A DNA stretch of 64,000 bases from Clostridiales bacterium (GCA_012520645.1 JAAYNV010000025.1:24137-88136), one strand, 5' to 3'. Shown: positions 12,298 through 21,575, numbered from the stretch's first letter. The notes: generated from the sequence alone by a model not told the origin. Made by a program: numbers and translations.

Positions 12298-13185
12298 ATG
12301 TTATCAAAGAAACCAAAAGCTACAACGACGTTCGGTTATCTGATTGTTCCGGTGGCATTATATACCTTTGCTGTGTTTATTCCGCTTTTAGTTGCGGTGT
12401 ATTATAGCTTTTTCGAATGGAAGGGCGGACCGAACAAAACCTTTATCGGATTAGAAAATTATGCTACATTATTACATGACACAGTATTTTGGCAGTCCTT
12501 TGGACACAACCTGTATCTGGTGCTGTTATGTGTGATCGGTCAGGTTGGTATTGCGTTCATTTTTGTTATGGTCATCAGCACCCGTTTTGTAAAGCTGAAA
12601 GGAATCCACAGAACTCTTGGATTTTTCCCGAGTACGATTTCAGCTGTTGCAATCGGTTATATCTGGATGATGATCTATGACAGCAGAAGAGGTATTCTGA
12701 ACTGGTTTTTGGAAGCGATTGGACAGGGAGACAAAACGCAGGTTTGGCTGAATAACCCGAAACTGGTTATGACGCTGGTTGCAATTCCTCTGATCTGGCA
12801 GTACATAGGTTATTATATGCTGATCTTACTTTCTGCAACATCAGCTATTGATAAAGAAATTATAGAATCCGCGGAACTGGATGGAGCCAATGCGGTACAG
12901 CGTGCAATACATGTTGTGCTTCCGATGGTAAAGAGTACCGTTGCTGTATGTATCGTACTTTGTGTTTCCGGTAACATGAAAGCATTTGATAATATCTTTG
13001 TTATGACAGAAGGCGGGCCGGGTAATGCGTCCATGGTTATGGCAATGTATGGCTACAAGATTTCCTTCGCACAGCAGAATATGGGATATGGTAGTGCGAT
13101 TTCTGTTGGAATCTTCGTGCTGGGCATGTTGGTAGTCGGTGGAATGCAGCTTATTCCAAAGCTGTTTGCGAAAAAGGAGGCATAG
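12298..13185 (+). CDS. Sugar ABC transporter permease (MalF-like)
   Basis: I prefer the ATG at 12298 over the track's GTG at 12283, because GAGGAGG lies 7 nt upstream of 12298. The protein has multiple transmembrane spans and an EAA loop (ESAELDGANAVQRAIHVVLP). Confidence 0.85.
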   Translation: MLSKKPKATTTFGYLIVPVALYTFAVFIPLLVAVYYSFFEWKGGPNKTFIGLENYATLLHDTVFWQSFGHNLYLVLLCVIGQVGIAFIFVMVISTRFVKLKGIHRTLGFFPSTISAVAIGYIWMMIYDSRRGILNWFLEAIGQGDKTQVWLNNPKLVMTLVAIPLIWQYIGYYMLILLSATSAIDKEIIESAELDGANAVQRAIHVVLPMVKSTVAVCIVLCVSGNMKAFDNIFVMTEGGPGNASMVMAMYGYKISFAQQNMGYGSAISVGIFVLGMLVVGGMQLIPKLFAKKEA

Positions 13186-13188
13186 GAT

Positions 13189-14058
13189 ATGAAAAAGAAA
13201 CAATATGGAATGACACCGGGAAGAAGTTTTGGAAATGGAGTCATGAGTGTCGTACTGAATCTGATCATGCTCCTGTTTTCTGCAAGCTGTATTTTCCCGT
13301 TGGTTTGGATGTTCTATTCCTCATTAAAAGAGAAGAGACAGTTCAATGCAGATATTATCGGACTGCCTAAGAATCCTACTTTAAACAATTATATCAGAAT
13401 TTTAACCAATCCCGATTATCACATGGGAGAGTCCTTGATGAACAGTATCCGGACGACGTTAGTATCCGTGTTCTTCATTGTATTGTTTGGATTTATTTTA
13501 GGATACTTCCTTTCCCGTATCCGTTTTGCAGGAAACAAACTGATCTGGGTGATGCTGTTAATGGGTATGCTGATTCCGGTTCACTCCCTGTTGGTACCGA
13601 TTTACGTTGTATTTAATGGCATGGGTGTGAATGATAAGTGGTTTACACTGATGATTCCTTATATTGCATTCGGTCTGCCGATCGCGGTATTTTTGATACA
13701 GAGCTTCATTCAGGAGATACCGACCGCGTTGGAAGAGGCGGCTTCGATTGACGGCTGTTCCTTCTCCGGCACGTTGTTTAAGATTATTATGCCGATCTGC
13801 CGTCCGGTTATGGTAACGGTAGCCGTTATTCAGACCTTTTCATGCTGGAATGAATTCTCCTTTGCATTGGTACTTATTAAGAACGTAAGACTGCAGACAG
13901 TTCCTTTGGCTGTAAAACAGTTCTCAGGACAGTTTGGTTCGGATTATCCAAAGATCATGACGGCGCTGCTGATTACGATGGCACCAATTATCATTATGTA
14001 TTTCTGCTTCAGCAAACAGATTATCAAAGGTATGGTTGCAGGAGCTGTAAAGGGTTAA
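13189..14058 (+). CDS. Sugar ABC transporter permease (MalG-like)
   Basis: 289 aa with AGGAGG upstream, an EAA loop (EEAASIDGCSFSGTLFKIIMP) and a GMVAGAVKG C-terminus. Confidence 0.88.
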   Translation: MKKKQYGMTPGRSFGNGVMSVVLNLIMLLFSASCIFPLVWMFYSSLKEKRQFNADIIGLPKNPTLNNYIRILTNPDYHMGESLMNSIRTTLVSVFFIVLFGFILGYFLSRIRFAGNKLIWVMLLMGMLIPVHSLLVPIYVVFNGMGVNDKWFTLMIPYIAFGLPIAVFLIQSFIQEIPTALEEAASIDGCSFSGTLFKIIMPICRPVMVTVAVIQTFSCWNEFSFALVLIKNVRLQTVPLAVKQFSGQFGSDYPKIMTALLITMAPIIIMYFCFSKQIIKGMVAGAVKG

Positions 14059-14143
14059 AGAAGGAAAAGATAAGTTCTAAGGCGGTGGGAGCCGTCTTAG
14101 AATTTCTATAGTTATATCTGCTTTTTTGAGAGGAAATACCTGT

Positions 14144-16354
14144 ATGACAGAACAACAATTAGTGGATTTGCTTCAGAGTATGACATTGGAAGAAAAGATT
14201 GGTCAGCTCACACAGCTGGATGGGAGCTGTTTCTCGGGAGAGGGACCTGTGACCGGACCGGAGCAGGAGCTTGGAATTCCCAAGGAAAAATTTCTGCTTG
14301 CCGGAAGCATTCTGGGGGTGACAGGAGCTGACAAAATTGAGCAGATCAGAAGAATCTGCATAGAGGCGCAGCCACACCACATTCCGCCGATTTTTATGGC
14401 GGATGTGATTAATGGCTATCAGACCATACTGCCGATTCCGCTTGCCCTTGGCTGTACCTTCGAGGAAGAGGCTGCCAAAAAGACGGGGGATATTATGGCA
14501 AGGGAGGCGGCGGCAGATGGACTGGATATAACGTTTGCACCAATGGTAGATCTGGTCAAGGATGCCCGTTGGGGACGGGTCATGGAATCCACAGGCGAGT
14601 CTGTATATCTCAACAGCCGTATGGCGGCAGCCATGGTGGAGGGAATTCAGGGAGAGTCGGAGGATTTTTCGGGACATCTGGGTGCCTGTACCAAGCATTT
14701 TGCGGCATACGGGGCACCGATGGCGGGCAGAGAATACTGCGCAGTCGAACTGTCGGAAAGAAGTTTGAGAGAGGAGTATCTGCCATCCTATCAGGCGGCA
14801 ATTCATGCCGGAAGTGCGATGATGATGACTTCCTTTAATACATTGGATCGAATTCCCGTGACAGGAAATGAGAAAATTATGAGAGGCATTCTAAGGGATG
14901 AAATGGGATTTCAAGGGGTTCTTATTTCGGACTGGAATGCGATTGGAGAATTGATTTTAAATCATGTGGCGGAGGATAAAAAGGAAGCCGCAAGACAGGC
15001 TGTCGTAGCTGGTGTCGATATAGATATGATGAGTGGGTGTTATATGTCCAGGATGGAGGAACTTGTCCGGGAGGGGACGGTTGAAGAAGGGCTGATCGAT
15101 GAATCCGTACTTCGTATTCTGAAATTAAAAAATCGTCTTGGACTTTTTGAAAGACCAAACCGTGCAGAAAAGCTGCCGGAATATGGTGTGGCGCTGCTTT
15201 CGGAGGAAAACCGCAAAGTGGCAAGAGAAATTGCTGCAAAGACGATGGTGCTTCTGAAAAACGAGGAGAACTTCCTGCCACTTAAGCGGGAAGAGGATGT
15301 GGCACTAATCGGTCCTTATATGGAAGAAAAAGGAATTCTGGGGGCATGGTCTTTCTTTGGAGACCGGGAAAAGAGCATTACGATCCTGGAGGGAGTGCGG
15401 AGCAAAAATCCATCTGCCCATGCAAAAAGCGGATGTGGAATTTTGAATCCGGGTCAGACCGTCTATGGATTTAAGTTTCATGAAACCAACGAAATGACGG
15501 AAGAGGAGACAGAACGGAGCATACAGGAAGCGGCAGAGTATGCAGCTGCGCATAAAAAGGTGGTACTGGCGCTTGGTGAATCTCCGTTACAGACCGGGGA
15601 AGGCGGAAGCAGAGCGGATATTACGATTCCGGATGTGCAGAAAAAACTGCTTGATGCGGTCTATGCGGTCAATCAGAACCTTGCCGTGATCGTATTTGCC
15701 GGAAGACCACTCGATATCCGTGCGATTAAGGAAAAGGCAAAGAGTATTCTGTATGTCTGGATGCCGGGAACGGAAGGCGGCAATGCCATAGCAGATATTT
15801 TATATGGAGACAGGGTGCCGGAAGCGAAGCTTTCCATGTCTTTACCATACTGTGTAGGGCAGTGCCCGGTATGCCATAATGAATTCTGGACAGGAAGACA
15901 TGTGGAAGATGGTGAAAATATAACCAATCGTTTTCAGTCCAAGTATCAGGATATCCCGAACGCTCCGCTGTATCCCTTCGGATACGGACTCAGTTATACG
16001 GACTTTACCTATTCCGATGTGGAACTGGATAGAGCAGAAATCCATGAAGGGGAAGAATTGGAAGCGGCAGTCGTTGTGGAAAATACCGGTGCGGTAACAG
16101 GGAAAGAGGTTGTACAGCTTTATCTGACTGATGAATATGCCAGTGTGGCAAGGCCAATCAGGGAATTAAAGGGCTATCAGAAAATATGTCTTGCACCGGG
16201 TGAAAAGAAAAAGGTGGTATTTAAAATTAGCATGGATATGCTTTGTTTTTATGACAGAAAAATGGAATACAGGGCAGAGCCGGGCAGCTTTATCGTACGG
16301 ATCGGAACAGATTCCGTAAATGGTAAGGAAGCACGCTTTTGGCTGAGAAAATGA
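14144..16354 (+). CDS. Beta-glucosidase, GH3
   Basis: I prefer the ATG at 14144 (GAGAGGA upstream) over the track's TTG at 14126. Motifs KHFAAYG and GVLISDWNAI (SDW nucleophile) are present, and there is a C-terminal fibronectin-III-like domain. Confidence 0.85.
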   Translation: MTEQQLVDLLQSMTLEEKIGQLTQLDGSCFSGEGPVTGPEQELGIPKEKFLLAGSILGVTGADKIEQIRRICIEAQPHHIPPIFMADVINGYQTILPIPLALGCTFEEEAAKKTGDIMAREAAADGLDITFAPMVDLVKDARWGRVMESTGESVYLNSRMAAAMVEGIQGESEDFSGHLGACTKHFAAYGAPMAGREYCAVELSERSLREEYLPSYQAAIHAGSAMMMTSFNTLDRIPVTGNEKIMRGILRDEMGFQGVLISDWNAIGELILNHVAEDKKEAARQAVVAGVDIDMMSGCYMSRMEELVREGTVEEGLIDESVLRILKLKNRLGLFERPNRAEKLPEYGVALLSEENRKVAREIAAKTMVLLKNEENFLPLKREEDVALIGPYMEEKGILGAWSFFGDREKSITILEGVRSKNPSAHAKSGCGILNPGQTVYGFKFHETNEMTEEETERSIQEAAEYAAAHKKVVLALGESPLQTGEGGSRADITIPDVQKKLLDAVYAVNQNLAVIVFAGRPLDIRAIKEKAKSILYVWMPGTEGGNAIADILYGDRVPEAKLSMSLPYCVGQCPVCHNEFWTGRHVEDGENITNRFQSKYQDIPNAPLYPFGYGLSYTDFTYSDVELDRAEIHEGEELEAAVVVENTGAVTGKEVVQLYLTDEYASVARPIRELKGYQKICLAPGEKKKVVFKISMDMLCFYDRKMEYRAEPGSFIVRIGTDSVNGKEARFWLRK

Positions 16355-16551
16355 GAAGATGGTGTGTAAAAAGTCTTTCCTGATTCAATGAGGAAGGTTT
16401 ATAGACGGATAAAATGGTCGGCAGGGACCGGGAATGTAAGGAACTTTGCCGGCTGTTTTTGTTTAAAAATCTTGACAAATCATGGCAAGCAATATAAGGT
16501 AACTAATAATAGTTTATTGATAGATTTGAATCAGGGAATGGATCGGATTAA

Positions 16552-17007
16552 ATGACAAAAAAGGAATTTTTGGATGAATTGAGAATTGCACTGAGTGGTC
16601 AGGTACCTTACAGTGTGATCAATGAAAATGTGGAATATTATGATACCTACATTTCCATGCAGGTGCGCAAGGGAATGCAGGAAGAAGAGGTGTTAGAGTC
16701 ACTCGGTTCTCCGAGACTTCTGGCACGGACGATAATTGAAGCGGAGAAATATGCCGGAAGAGATCCCAGAGAGGGTGCGCAGACGGCAGATGGTACAGAA
16801 GAAAAGCGGGAGGGTGCAATGGCTGGGCTTCGGCGTAAGCTCGCAGAGATGCCGGGGTGGCTGATGTTAGTTATTATCGTGCTTGTGCCGATTTTGTGCA
16901 TGACAGTATTGTCTGCGGTATTTTCTATTGTTTTCTCACTGTTAGGACCGTTTCTTCTACCGATTTTATTGATTCTTTTTATTTTAACATTGCTTAAGAA
17001 ACGCTAG
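16552..17007 (+). CDS. DUF1700-like membrane protein (function unknown)
   Basis: 151 aa. The N-terminus (KKEFLDELRIALSG...EEEVLESLGSP) resembles DUF1700, and the C-terminus is hydrophobic. No PadR partner gene is adjacent. Confidence 0.55.
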   Translation: MTKKEFLDELRIALSGQVPYSVINENVEYYDTYISMQVRKGMQEEEVLESLGSPRLLARTIIEAEKYAGRDPREGAQTADGTEEKREGAMAGLRRKLAEMPGWLMLVIIVLVPILCMTVLSAVFSIVFSLLGPFLLPILLILFILTLLKKR

Positions 17008-17069
17008 GGAAAGGGGCATGAGCAGGTAGAACTGCTTATGCCTCTTGTTGCTTTGTACGCACTTTTTTT

Positions 17070-17177
17070 AAAACAAATATCCCCTCGACATAATCGAGGG
17101 GATACGATGAGGGGAGTATAAATAATTTATATAAGGGTTTGCAAATCGGAACCTTGAAGGGGTAGTTCCTGTTTGCA
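17070..17177 (-). ncRNA. Candidate small RNA (~108 nt) with three C-rich motifs
   Basis: A minus-strand extended -10 promoter lies at 17183-17211. The 5' hairpin pairs TGCAAA with TTTGCA and GGAAC with GTTCC (17140-17177), and its loop contains ACCCCUU. A linker follows with CUCCCCUC. The perfect 10-bp terminator hairpin (17079-17103) is followed by UUUGUUUU. No credible CDS lies between promoter and terminator. Confidence 0.35.
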
Positions 17178-17182
17178 TTTTT

Positions 17183-17211
17183 AATATAACATATATTTCT
17201 ACAAAATGCAA
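17183..17211 (-). promoter_or_regulatory. Promoter of the candidate sRNA (minus strand)
   Basis: Read on the minus strand: TTGCAT (17211-17206), a 17-nt spacer ending in TGT, then TATATT (17188-17183). This fits the extended -10 TGnTATATT pattern. Confidence 0.45.
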
Positions 17212-17233
17212 CAACAAAATAGTACTAAAGTCC

Positions 17234-17263
17234 TTGAAAAATGAAATATATTTTTTGTATAAA
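17234..17263 (+). promoter_or_regulatory. Promoter of the Asn/Gln-rich micro-ORF
   Basis: TTGAAA (17234-17239), an 18-nt spacer, then TATAAA (17258-17263) preceded by TG. It is divergent from the sRNA promoter. Confidence 0.4.
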
Positions 17264-17321
17264 ATGAATAAAGCAGAGGAACAATAAAGGTGTAACAAAT
17301 AATCCTTAGGAGGAAATGAAT

Positions 17322-17492
17322 ATGTCTAATCAGAATAATAACCAGAACAACAACTGTCAGAACAGTACACAGAACAACAACCAGAAGAAGCAGAACCAGA
17401 ACAACAAGTTCAACAACAGCACTGGTTCTTCCAATTCAAAAAATGCAGACAATGCAGATAACAACCAGAAGAACAGAGAGTTTGATTTCTAA
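17322..17492 (+). CDS. Asn/Gln-rich small protein (56 aa), function unknown
   Basis: This ORF is absent from the track because it is under 60 aa. TAGGAGGA lies 7 nt upstream of the ATG. The translation is MSNQNNNQNNNCQNSTQNNNQKKQNQNNKFNNSTGSSNSKNADNADNNQKNREFDF (22 Asn and 8 Gln). All Gln codons are CAG, and 16 of 22 Asn codons are AAC. A strong terminator follows directly. Confidence 0.6.
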   Translation: MSNQNNNQNNNCQNSTQNNNQKKQNQNNKFNNSTGSSNSKNADNADNNQKNREFDF

Positions 17493-17508
17493 GCTCTGAC
17501 AGAATAAA

Positions 17509-17538
17509 GGGCGGTGTCACCAGGCACCGCCTTTTTTG
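17509..17538 (+). terminator. Rho-independent terminator of the micro-ORF
   Basis: GGCGGTG (17510-17516) pairs with CACCGCC (17525-17531) and is followed by TTTTTT. Confidence 0.75.
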
Positions 17539-17578
17539 TTCTATTGACAGCCGGACGGACGGGCTTTAATATAGAACT

Positions 17579-18733
17579 ATGAGAAAATTTGAATTGATTG
17601 CACCATGTCATTTTGGCGTGGAGGCGGTATTAAAAAAAGAAATTATAGAACTGGGATATGATGTCCTGCAGGTAGAGGACGGACGTGTTACCTTTTACGG
17701 AGATGAGGAAGCTCTCTGTCGGGCAAATGTATTTTTAAGAACGGCGGAACGGATATTGATTAAAGTGGGCAGTTTTCATGCGGAAACTTTTGACGAACTC
17801 TTTGAGGGTACCAAAAATCTCGCATGGGAGGAATATATTCCGAAAAATGGAAAATTCTGGGTTGCGAAGGCAGCCAGCGTCAAAAGCAGACTGTTCAGCC
17901 CTTCGGATATCCAGTCCATTATGAAAAAAGCGATGGTGGAGCGGCTAAAGAGCGTCTATCATATCGACTGGTTCAGGGAAGATGGTGAGAATTTTCCGTT
18001 GAGAGTATTCCTGATGAAGGATGAGGTCACGGTGGGACTGGATACGACCGGAGAATCCCTGCATAAGAGAGGATACCGGAAGCTTACGGCGAAGGCTCCG
18101 ATTGCAGAAAATCTGGCGGCGGCACTCATTATGCTGACTCCGTGGAAAAGGGACCGGATTCTGGTGGATCCTTTTTGCGGAAGCGGAACCTTTCCGATTG
18201 AAGCGGCGATGATGGCAGCAGGAATCGCGCCCGGTATGAACCGCAGTTTTACGTCGGAAAGCTGGACGCATGTGATTGCTAAAAAGAACTGGTATGACGT
18301 GGCTGATGAGGCGCGAGAACTGATCTGTCCGGATGTGGATACAGATATACAGGGATACGATATTGATCCGAAAATGGTGGAAATCGCAAGGGCAAATGCA
18401 GGACTGGCAGGGGTGGATAAGCTGATTCATTTTCAGAAAAGACCGGTAGAGCAGCTTTCCCATCCAAAAAAATATGGATTTATCATTACAAATCCGCCCT
18501 ATGGAGAACGGATCGAGGAAAAGAAAAACCTTCCGGCACTCTATTCCATGATCGGAGAGCGGTTCAGAGCGCTGGATGACTGGTCCATGTATCTGATCAC
18601 GGCTTATGACCAGGCAGAACGGGATATTGGAAGAAAAGCCGATAGGAACCGGAAAATTTATAATGGCATGATGAAGACATACTTTTATCAGTACATGGGT
18701 CCAAAGCCGCCCAGAAGACCGAAAAACGATTAG
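17579..18733 (+). CDS. THUMP-domain class I SAM-dependent RNA methyltransferase (RlmL/YpsC family)
   Basis: 384 aa with an N-terminal THUMP-like region, the SAM-binding motif DPFCGSGTF and the motif ITNPPYGERI. Confidence 0.85.
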   Translation: MRKFELIAPCHFGVEAVLKKEIIELGYDVLQVEDGRVTFYGDEEALCRANVFLRTAERILIKVGSFHAETFDELFEGTKNLAWEEYIPKNGKFWVAKAASVKSRLFSPSDIQSIMKKAMVERLKSVYHIDWFREDGENFPLRVFLMKDEVTVGLDTTGESLHKRGYRKLTAKAPIAENLAAALIMLTPWKRDRILVDPFCGSGTFPIEAAMMAAGIAPGMNRSFTSESWTHVIAKKNWYDVADEARELICPDVDTDIQGYDIDPKMVEIARANAGLAGVDKLIHFQKRPVEQLSHPKKYGFIITNPPYGERIEEKKNLPALYSMIGERFRALDDWSMYLITAYDQAERDIGRKADRNRKIYNGMMKTYFYQYMGPKPPRRPKND

Positions 18734-18750
18734 AATGGCAGGAGAAGGAC

Positions 18751-19878
18751 ATGCAGGAGAGACTGATGCGCTACACTGCGCTTATTACGACTGTATTGGC
18801 GTTGGTTTCAATGGCAGTCATGCTTCGGTTTGCCTCGGCAAAAACCATCGTGATTGCAGAAGAAGTGACGGCAGGCTCCGGTGCCGAGCAGGAGTATGCG
18901 GAAAAGAAGCAGGAAAGCATTCCGTTGCATCTGGTGGAGAATAAGGCAGTTTCCCCTTCTGTTTGCATTCCGTTGCCGGAGGATGTCAGACCGGATGACA
19001 TTGTCATAGAGAATCACTATATTGAACACCGTATTAATGTGATTATTGCCGGAGCCGAAACATCTTATTATAAGGAAAAAGAAATAAATGGTGGTATAGG
19101 CAGCATTCGTGCGGCAGCATGCTATAAGGAGTCGGACAGTGTTGTTCTGGCATTTCAGATGGATGGGCTTTATGAACATAAATATCTGTTGGAGGAACAT
19201 GCACTGTTTCTGGAATTTGTAAATCCGCATGAGATGTATGACCGGATCATAGTACTGGATGCCGGACATGGAGGAGCAGATAATGGCAGAAAGGAACACG
19301 GCTTAAAGGAAAAGGATGCTTCTTTATTTATTGTGGAACAGGTCAGGAATACTTTTGAGGATTCCGGGGTACGTATTTACTGTACGAGGCAGGAGGACGC
19401 TTCGATTTCGGCAGAGAAGAGAATTGCCTTTATCAATGAATTAAGACCGGACCTTGTAATCAGTGTACATTTGAATGCGAGTGAAGAGCAGAGCCTGTAT
19501 GGAACCGAAGTATGGTACAATGAGCAATATGTGATTCCTGTTTTTGGAAATGTGGAACTGGCAGATTTGCTGGAGCGGTGTGTTGTCAGGGCGGCAGACG
19601 GCAGGGCAAACGGACTGGTGGCATGCGGCAGCCGCATGCTGCAGGGAAGTAAAGAGGCAACAGAACAGAAACAAAAGCAAGGGAAAGAAACGGATGTGCT
19701 TTATACGGAAGAGGAAGAACTGCTTATGGGTGTCAGGGCACCTGCGGCGGTACTGGAGGCAGGGTATCTGACGAATCCAAGGGAAAGGCAGTTATTAGAG
19801 CAGGAAGCCTATCAGAAGATGATCGCAGAGGGAATCTGTGATGCGATTAGACAATGGGAGGAACAGACAGAAGAATGA
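18751..19878 (+). CDS. N-acetylmuramoyl-L-alanine amidase (Amidase_3) with N-terminal membrane anchor
   Basis: 375 aa with GGAGAAGGA upstream and a transmembrane helix. Motifs VLDAGHGGADNG and ISVHLNA are present. Its stop codon overlaps the rdgB start (ATGA). Confidence 0.82.
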   Translation: MQERLMRYTALITTVLALVSMAVMLRFASAKTIVIAEEVTAGSGAEQEYAEKKQESIPLHLVENKAVSPSVCIPLPEDVRPDDIVIENHYIEHRINVIIAGAETSYYKEKEINGGIGSIRAAACYKESDSVVLAFQMDGLYEHKYLLEEHALFLEFVNPHEMYDRIIVLDAGHGGADNGRKEHGLKEKDASLFIVEQVRNTFEDSGVRIYCTRQEDASISAEKRIAFINELRPDLVISVHLNASEEQSLYGTEVWYNEQYVIPVFGNVELADLLERCVVRAADGRANGLVACGSRMLQGSKEATEQKQKQGKETDVLYTEEEELLMGVRAPAAVLEAGYLTNPRERQLLEQEAYQKMIAEGICDAIRQWEEQTEE

Positions 19879-20468
19879 AAATTGTATTTGCGACCGGAAA
19901 TGCTGGAAAGATGAAAGAAATCAGAATGATTCTTGCCGATATGGATGCAGAGATACTTTCCATGAAGGAAGCCGGTATTGAAGCGGACATCGTGGAGGAT
20001 GGAAATACCTTTGAGGAAAATGCGGTAATTAAGGCAAAGGAAATTGCAAAGTATACGGATGGAATCGTGCTTGCGGATGATTCCGGACTGGAGATTGATT
20101 ATCTGAACGGTGAACCGGGCATCTATTCGGCAAGGTATATGGGAGAGGATACTTCCTATCATATTAAAAATGCAAATCTGATGGAACGGTTAAACGGCGT
20201 ACCGGATGAAGAACGTACTGCACGGTTTGTCTGTGCCATTGCGGCGCTCCTGCCGGATGGAGAGGTTATTACGACAAAGGGAACGATAGAAGGCAGGATT
20301 GGATATGAAGAAAAAGGAGAGAATGGTTTTGGCTATGATCCGATTTTTTTCCTGCCGGAATATGGAAAATATTCGGCGGAGCTTTCTGCGGAAATGAAAA
20401 ATGAACTGAGTCACAGAGGAAAAGCATTGCGTGCCATGAAGGAAGAACTGAAGAAACGCATGCAGTAG
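19875..20468 (+). CDS. rdgB: Non-canonical purine NTP pyrophosphatase (RdgB/HAM1)
   Basis: Start placed at the ATG at 19875, giving MKIVFATGNAGKMKEI. GYDPIF and SHRG motifs are present. Confidence 0.9.
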   Translation: MKIVFATGNAGKMKEIRMILADMDAEILSMKEAGIEADIVEDGNTFEENAVIKAKEIAKYTDGIVLADDSGLEIDYLNGEPGIYSARYMGEDTSYHIKNANLMERLNGVPDEERTARFVCAIAALLPDGEVITTKGTIEGRIGYEEKGENGFGYDPIFFLPEYGKYSAELSAEMKNELSHRGKALRAMKEELKKRMQ

Positions 20469-20487
20469 GTGAAAAGAGCAAAAATAT

Positions 20488-20946
20488 ATGAAAATACTGA
20501 TCGTAAGTGATACACATAGGAAACATGAAAATTATCTGAAGGTTTTGGAAAAGGAGGCGCCCCTTGATATGGTGATTCACTGTGGAGATGCGGAGGGTGC
20601 GGAATATCTGATTGGGGAAGCGGCGGGCTGTCCGCTTCATATCGTACTGGGAAACAATGACTTTTTTTCGGATCTGCCAAGAGAAATTGAAACGGAAATC
20701 TGTGGAAAGAAAATCTGGATTACACACGGACATAATTATTACATTTCGATGGGCAGTGAAATGCTAAAACAGGAGGCAAAGAGCCGGGGCATGGATATTG
20801 TGCTGTATGGGCATACACACCGGCCGGTAGTGGATGTGGAGGAAGGGCTTACAGCAGTGAATCCGGGAAGCCTGTCTTATCCGAGGCAGGAGGGCAGACG
20901 ACCGTCCTATGCTGTCATGGAGGGGGGGAGAAGACGGAAATTTTGA
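20488..20946 (+). CDS. Metallophosphoesterase, YfcE/MJ0936 family
   Basis: 152 aa with motifs ILIVSDTH, HCGD, GNND and GHTH. Confidence 0.85.
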   Translation: MKILIVSDTHRKHENYLKVLEKEAPLDMVIHCGDAEGAEYLIGEAAGCPLHIVLGNNDFFSDLPREIETEICGKKIWITHGHNYYISMGSEMLKQEAKSRGMDIVLYGHTHRPVVDVEEGLTAVNPGSLSYPRQEGRRPSYAVMEGGRRRKF

Positions 20947-20998
20947 TTTCCATATTTACTTTTTATAAAAATATGTTTATAAAAATATAAAATTATAG

Positions 20999-21027
20999 TT
21001 GACAAGGTAAAATCAGTATTATATAAT
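20999..21027 (+). promoter_or_regulatory. Consensus sigma-A promoter of the tRNA cluster
   Basis: TTGACA (20999-21004), a 17-nt spacer, then TATAAT (21022-21027). An A/T-rich, UP-like tract with a repeated TTTATAAAAATAT motif precedes it. Confidence 0.7.
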
Positions 21028-21069
21028 ATGTCTTGCGTCACGGCGGTTGACTTGATGACGGTATTTGAA

Positions 21070-21144
21070 CGGGGTGTGGCTCAGCTTGGCTAGAGCGCCT
21101 GGTTTGGGACCAGGAGGTCGCAGGTTCGAATCCTGTCACCCCGA
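21070..21144 (+). tRNA. tRNA-Pro (anticodon UGG)
   Basis: Folded by hand into a cloverleaf. The acceptor stem pairs CGGGGTG with CACCCCG, the anticodon loop is TTTGGGA and the T-loop is TTCGAAT. No CCA is encoded. Confidence 0.85.
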
Positions 21145-21161
21145 CTGCAGATATATTATAT

Positions 21162-21232
21162 GCGGGTGTAGTTCAATGGTAGAACACTAGCCTTCCAAGC
21201 TAGATACGTGGGTTCGATTCCCATCACCCGCT
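21162..21232 (+). tRNA. tRNA-Gly (anticodon UCC)
   Basis: The acceptor stem pairs GCGGGTG with CACCCGC, the anticodon loop is CTTCCAA and the T-loop is TTCGATT. Confidence 0.85.
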
Positions 21233-21277
21233 TGGCGGATGCAAATCCGCATAGCTGTTTCCGACAGGAGCAGATAC

Positions 21278-21351
<74 letters not shown>

Positions 21352-21384
21352 TTTGGAACAGGACAAGCCATCTGTTCCGTATAT

Positions 21385-21459
<75 letters not shown>

Positions 21460-21503
21460 CTTTACACAAGGGTCAAGCAGTGAAGACAAGCCTGGTGTTA
21501 TAA

Positions 21504-21575
21504 TGGGCTATCGCCAAGCGGTAAGGCACAGGACTTTGACTCCTGCATTCGCTGGTTCGAATCCAGCTAGCCCAG
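21504..21575 (+). tRNA. tRNA-Gln (anticodon UUG)
   Basis: The acceptor stem pairs TGGGCTA with TAGCCCA, the anticodon loop is CTTTGAC and the T-loop is TTCGAAT. Confidence 0.85.

Noticed and set aside
17068-17298. 76-aa minus-strand ORF in the intergenic region
   Set aside because: It has no Shine-Dalgarno sequence and an odd composition. It spans the predicted promoter, hairpins and terminator. The region is better explained as a non-coding RNA locus plus divergent promoters.
18735-18944. 69-aa plus-strand ORF overlapping the amidase start
   Set aside because: It is an alternative frame of the amidase gene's 5' region. The product is Gly/Cys/Arg-rich nonsense. The amidase frame has the Shine-Dalgarno sequence and the signal anchor.
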